Shown in pieces: positions 26,129-27,903 of a stretch of DNA of 27,903 bases. A program made the translations under genes and the position numbers. The notes under the pieces are model-generated. The model did not search any database and was not told the origin of the DNA. It was given only the letters and a program-made list of their open reading frames with translations. Origin of the DNA: Desulfobulbaceae bacterium (lineage in GTDB: Bacteria; Desulfobacterota; Desulfobulbia; Desulfobulbales; Desulfobulbaceae). The first letter of the stretch is position 1, and each line of letters opens with the position of its first letter. The stretch covers positions 1-27,903 of the forward strand of contig JALXCX010000056.1 in assembly GCA_026990725.1 (NCBI GenBank), read 5' to 3'.

Positions 26129-27586
26129 TTACAGATTTGGTTTTTTATTTTTTATCCCGGCTCGTTGCTCAATGTTCCAGGCTGCCCGAAGGAGCGACTC
26201 TTCGTTAAAATGTGTTGCCTGCATCTGGATGCCGATAGGTAAACCATCACTTGAAAAACCACAGGGAACAGATATGCCGGGAATGCCGGCAAGGTTTGCT
26301 GACAGTGTAAGAATATCAGAAAGATACATGGCGAGCGGATCATCTGAATTCTTGCCTCTCTCCCAGGCCGGAGTAGGCGACACGGGTGAAACAATCAAAT
26401 CGTATTCGGCAAAGACGTTACTGAAGTCATTTTTAATTAACGTCCTGACCTGTGATGCTTTTCTATAATAGGCATCATAGTATCCTGAGGAGAGCGCGTA
26501 AGTGCCAATGAGGATGCGTCTTTTTACTTCATCACCAAAACCCTCTGATCGGCTTTGTCGGTACATGTCTATTAAACTTTCCGCTTTGGAATCACGATAA
26601 CCGTAACGAACACCATCAAAACGGGCCAGATTCGAACTTGCCTCAGCCGGTGCGATAAGGTAGTACACAGCAACGCAATAATCTGTGTGAGGAAGTGACA
26701 CCTCCCCAATTTCAGCTCCAGCTTCTTTGAGCATTGCAATGCCCTGTCTAACCGTTTTGTCAACCGCGGGATCAAGACCCTGCCCGAAATACTCGCGGGG
26801 TATCCCGATTCGTATCCCTTGCATCCCATCCTGTAAGGCCCCAGAAAAGTCGGGAACCTCGCATTTGATAGATGTGGAATCACGGTGATCAAAACCGGAA
26901 AGTACATTCATCATAAGAGCGCAGTCAGCTACATCGCGGGTCAACGGACCGACCTGATCAAGAGATGATGCAAAAGCGACCAGACCATATCGTGATACAC
27001 GACCATAGGTCGGTTTCATGCCGACAATTCCACATAACGAAGCGGGTTGTCGAATGGAGCCTCCCGTATCAGAGCCCAGTGAGGCCAGGCACTCGCCAGC
27101 CGCAACAGAGGCAGCAGAACCGCCGCTTGAACCTCCGGCGACATATCCTTTTTTCCACGGGTTTTCCGGGATTTTGTAGGCACAGTTTTCGCTGGTTGAA
27201 CCCATGGCAAATTCATCCATGGCGACCTTGCCCAGTAAAACAGCGCCTTCATCTTTGAGCTTTTCAACCACTGTTGCGTCATATGGCGGGGTGAATCCCT
27301 CAAGGATTCTGGAACCGCAGGTGGTCGGCATGGTTGCTGTACAGAAGACATCTTTCAAAGCAAGAGGAAGACCGCAAAGTGCACCACCTTTCCCGTTTTT
27401 CAGTTGTTTGTCTGCCTTCTCTGCGGCCTCAAGAGCCTGGTTTTTATGCAGACTGAGAAATGCCCTGACAGTGTCTTCCACCTGATCAATACGGTACAGT
27501 ACTGACTCGGTAAGCGCTGTTGAGGTAATGTCGCCGCTGGAGAGCTTTTTTTTGGCCTGCTGTAAAGTAAGATCGTATAATTCCAT
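26129..27586 (-). CDS. gatA: Glutamyl-tRNA(Gln) amidotransferase subunit A
   Basis: Amidase signature GGSSGGSAA...LGSDTGGSIRQPA, plus RFDGVRYG and EVKRRILIGTYALSSGYYDAYY. Confidence 0.97.
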   Translation of the reverse strand: MELYDLTLQQAKKKLSSGDITSTALTESVLYRIDQVEDTVRAFLSLHKNQALEAAEKADKQLKNGKGGALCGLPLALKDVFCTATMPTTCGSRILEGFTPPYDATVVEKLKDEGAVLLGKVAMDEFAMGSTSENCAYKIPENPWKKGYVAGGSSGGSAASVAAGECLASLGSDTGGSIRQPASLCGIVGMKPTYGRVSRYGLVAFASSLDQVGPLTRDVADCALMMNVLSGFDHRDSTSIKCEVPDFSGALQDGMQGIRIGIPREYFGQGLDPAVDKTVRQGIAMLKEAGAEIGEVSLPHTDYCVAVYYLIAPAEASSNLARFDGVRYGYRDSKAESLIDMYRQSRSEGFGDEVKRRILIGTYALSSGYYDAYYRKASQVRTLIKNDFSNVFAEYDLIVSPVSPTPAWERGKNSDDPLAMYLSDILTLSANLAGIPGISVPCGFSSDGLPIGIQMQATHFNEESLLRAAWNIEQRAGIKNKKPNL

Positions 27587-27657
27587 GGGAAAATTGTCTG
27601 AATTGATTCAGTATAAACTTTGTCTGTTTTGTTTGTATAAGTAGTGCTGTTGTTTTT

Positions 27658-27903
27658 TCAGGTGATGATTTTAGGAACGATGAAAGCTTCTTCGCTCTTC
27701 CTGGGGCCATTGGCCAGTGCTTGCTGCCGGGACAGCGACTCGCTCACTTCATCTTCCCGAAAGGCGTTGGTTACATCCTGAGTATGGGTTGTTACAGCCA
27801 CACCAGTGGTGTCCAGTTCGTCAAGTTTGGCAACATAGCTGAGGATTGTGTCCAGCTGGCGGGTCATCTGTTCTATTTCCTTTTCAGTCAGCTCAAGTTT
27901 AGC
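27658..27903 (-). CDS. gatC: Glu-tRNA amidotransferase subunit C; 5' end beyond the right edge
   Basis: Frame is open from the edge: AKLELTEKEIEQMTRQLDTILSYVAKLDELDT...NAFREDEV...FIVPKII. Directly upstream of gatA. Confidence 0.93.
   Translation of the reverse strand, partial: AKLELTEKEIEQMTRQLDTILSYVAKLDELDTTGVAVTTHTQDVTNAFREDEVSESLSRQQALANGPRKSEEAFIVPKIIT

Noticed and set aside
24225-27903. gatCA without adjacent gatB, and hisC-cmk without tyrA/aroA between them
   Set aside because: Ordinary rearrangements of housekeeping genes; no evidence of novelty.

Overview
Chromosomal window, most likely from an anaerobic sulfur-cycle Desulfobacterota bacterium (Desulfobulbales-like; inferred from gene content). 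It has four blocks. (1) 1-4388, minus strand: a DVU0772-like/DUF1566 fusion gene, then a translationally coupled operon of a pentaheme cytochrome c lipoprotein, a U32-family Fe-S protein and a thioester-reductase-type SDR that runs off the left edge and is missing from the ORF track. (2) 4549-9885, plus strand: a consolidated O2/ROS defence cluster (PerR/Fur fused to a winged-helix domain, rubrerythrin, peroxiredoxin, desulfoferrodoxin, two Rdl-type rubredoxins, a 52-aa canonical rubredoxin missing from the ORF track, DsrE-like protein, flavodiiron protein, and a protein with a desulforedoxin-like C-terminus). (3) 10660-23985, plus strand: an apparent single operon with a Tat-less PhsA/PsrA-like molybdoenzyme and its 4x[4Fe-4S] beta subunit, with no PsrC/NrfD anchor, followed directly by an 11-subunit complex I-like enzyme (nuoABCDHIJKLMN) lacking nuoEFG. 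This is the strongest candidate for an uncharacterised system: a proton-translocating molybdoenzyme:quinone oxidoreductase. (4) 24225-27903, minus strand: housekeeping gatC (partial), gatA, hisC, cmk. No CRISPR array, rRNA, tRNA or mobile element was seen. All family calls come from motif recognition by eye; no database search was run.
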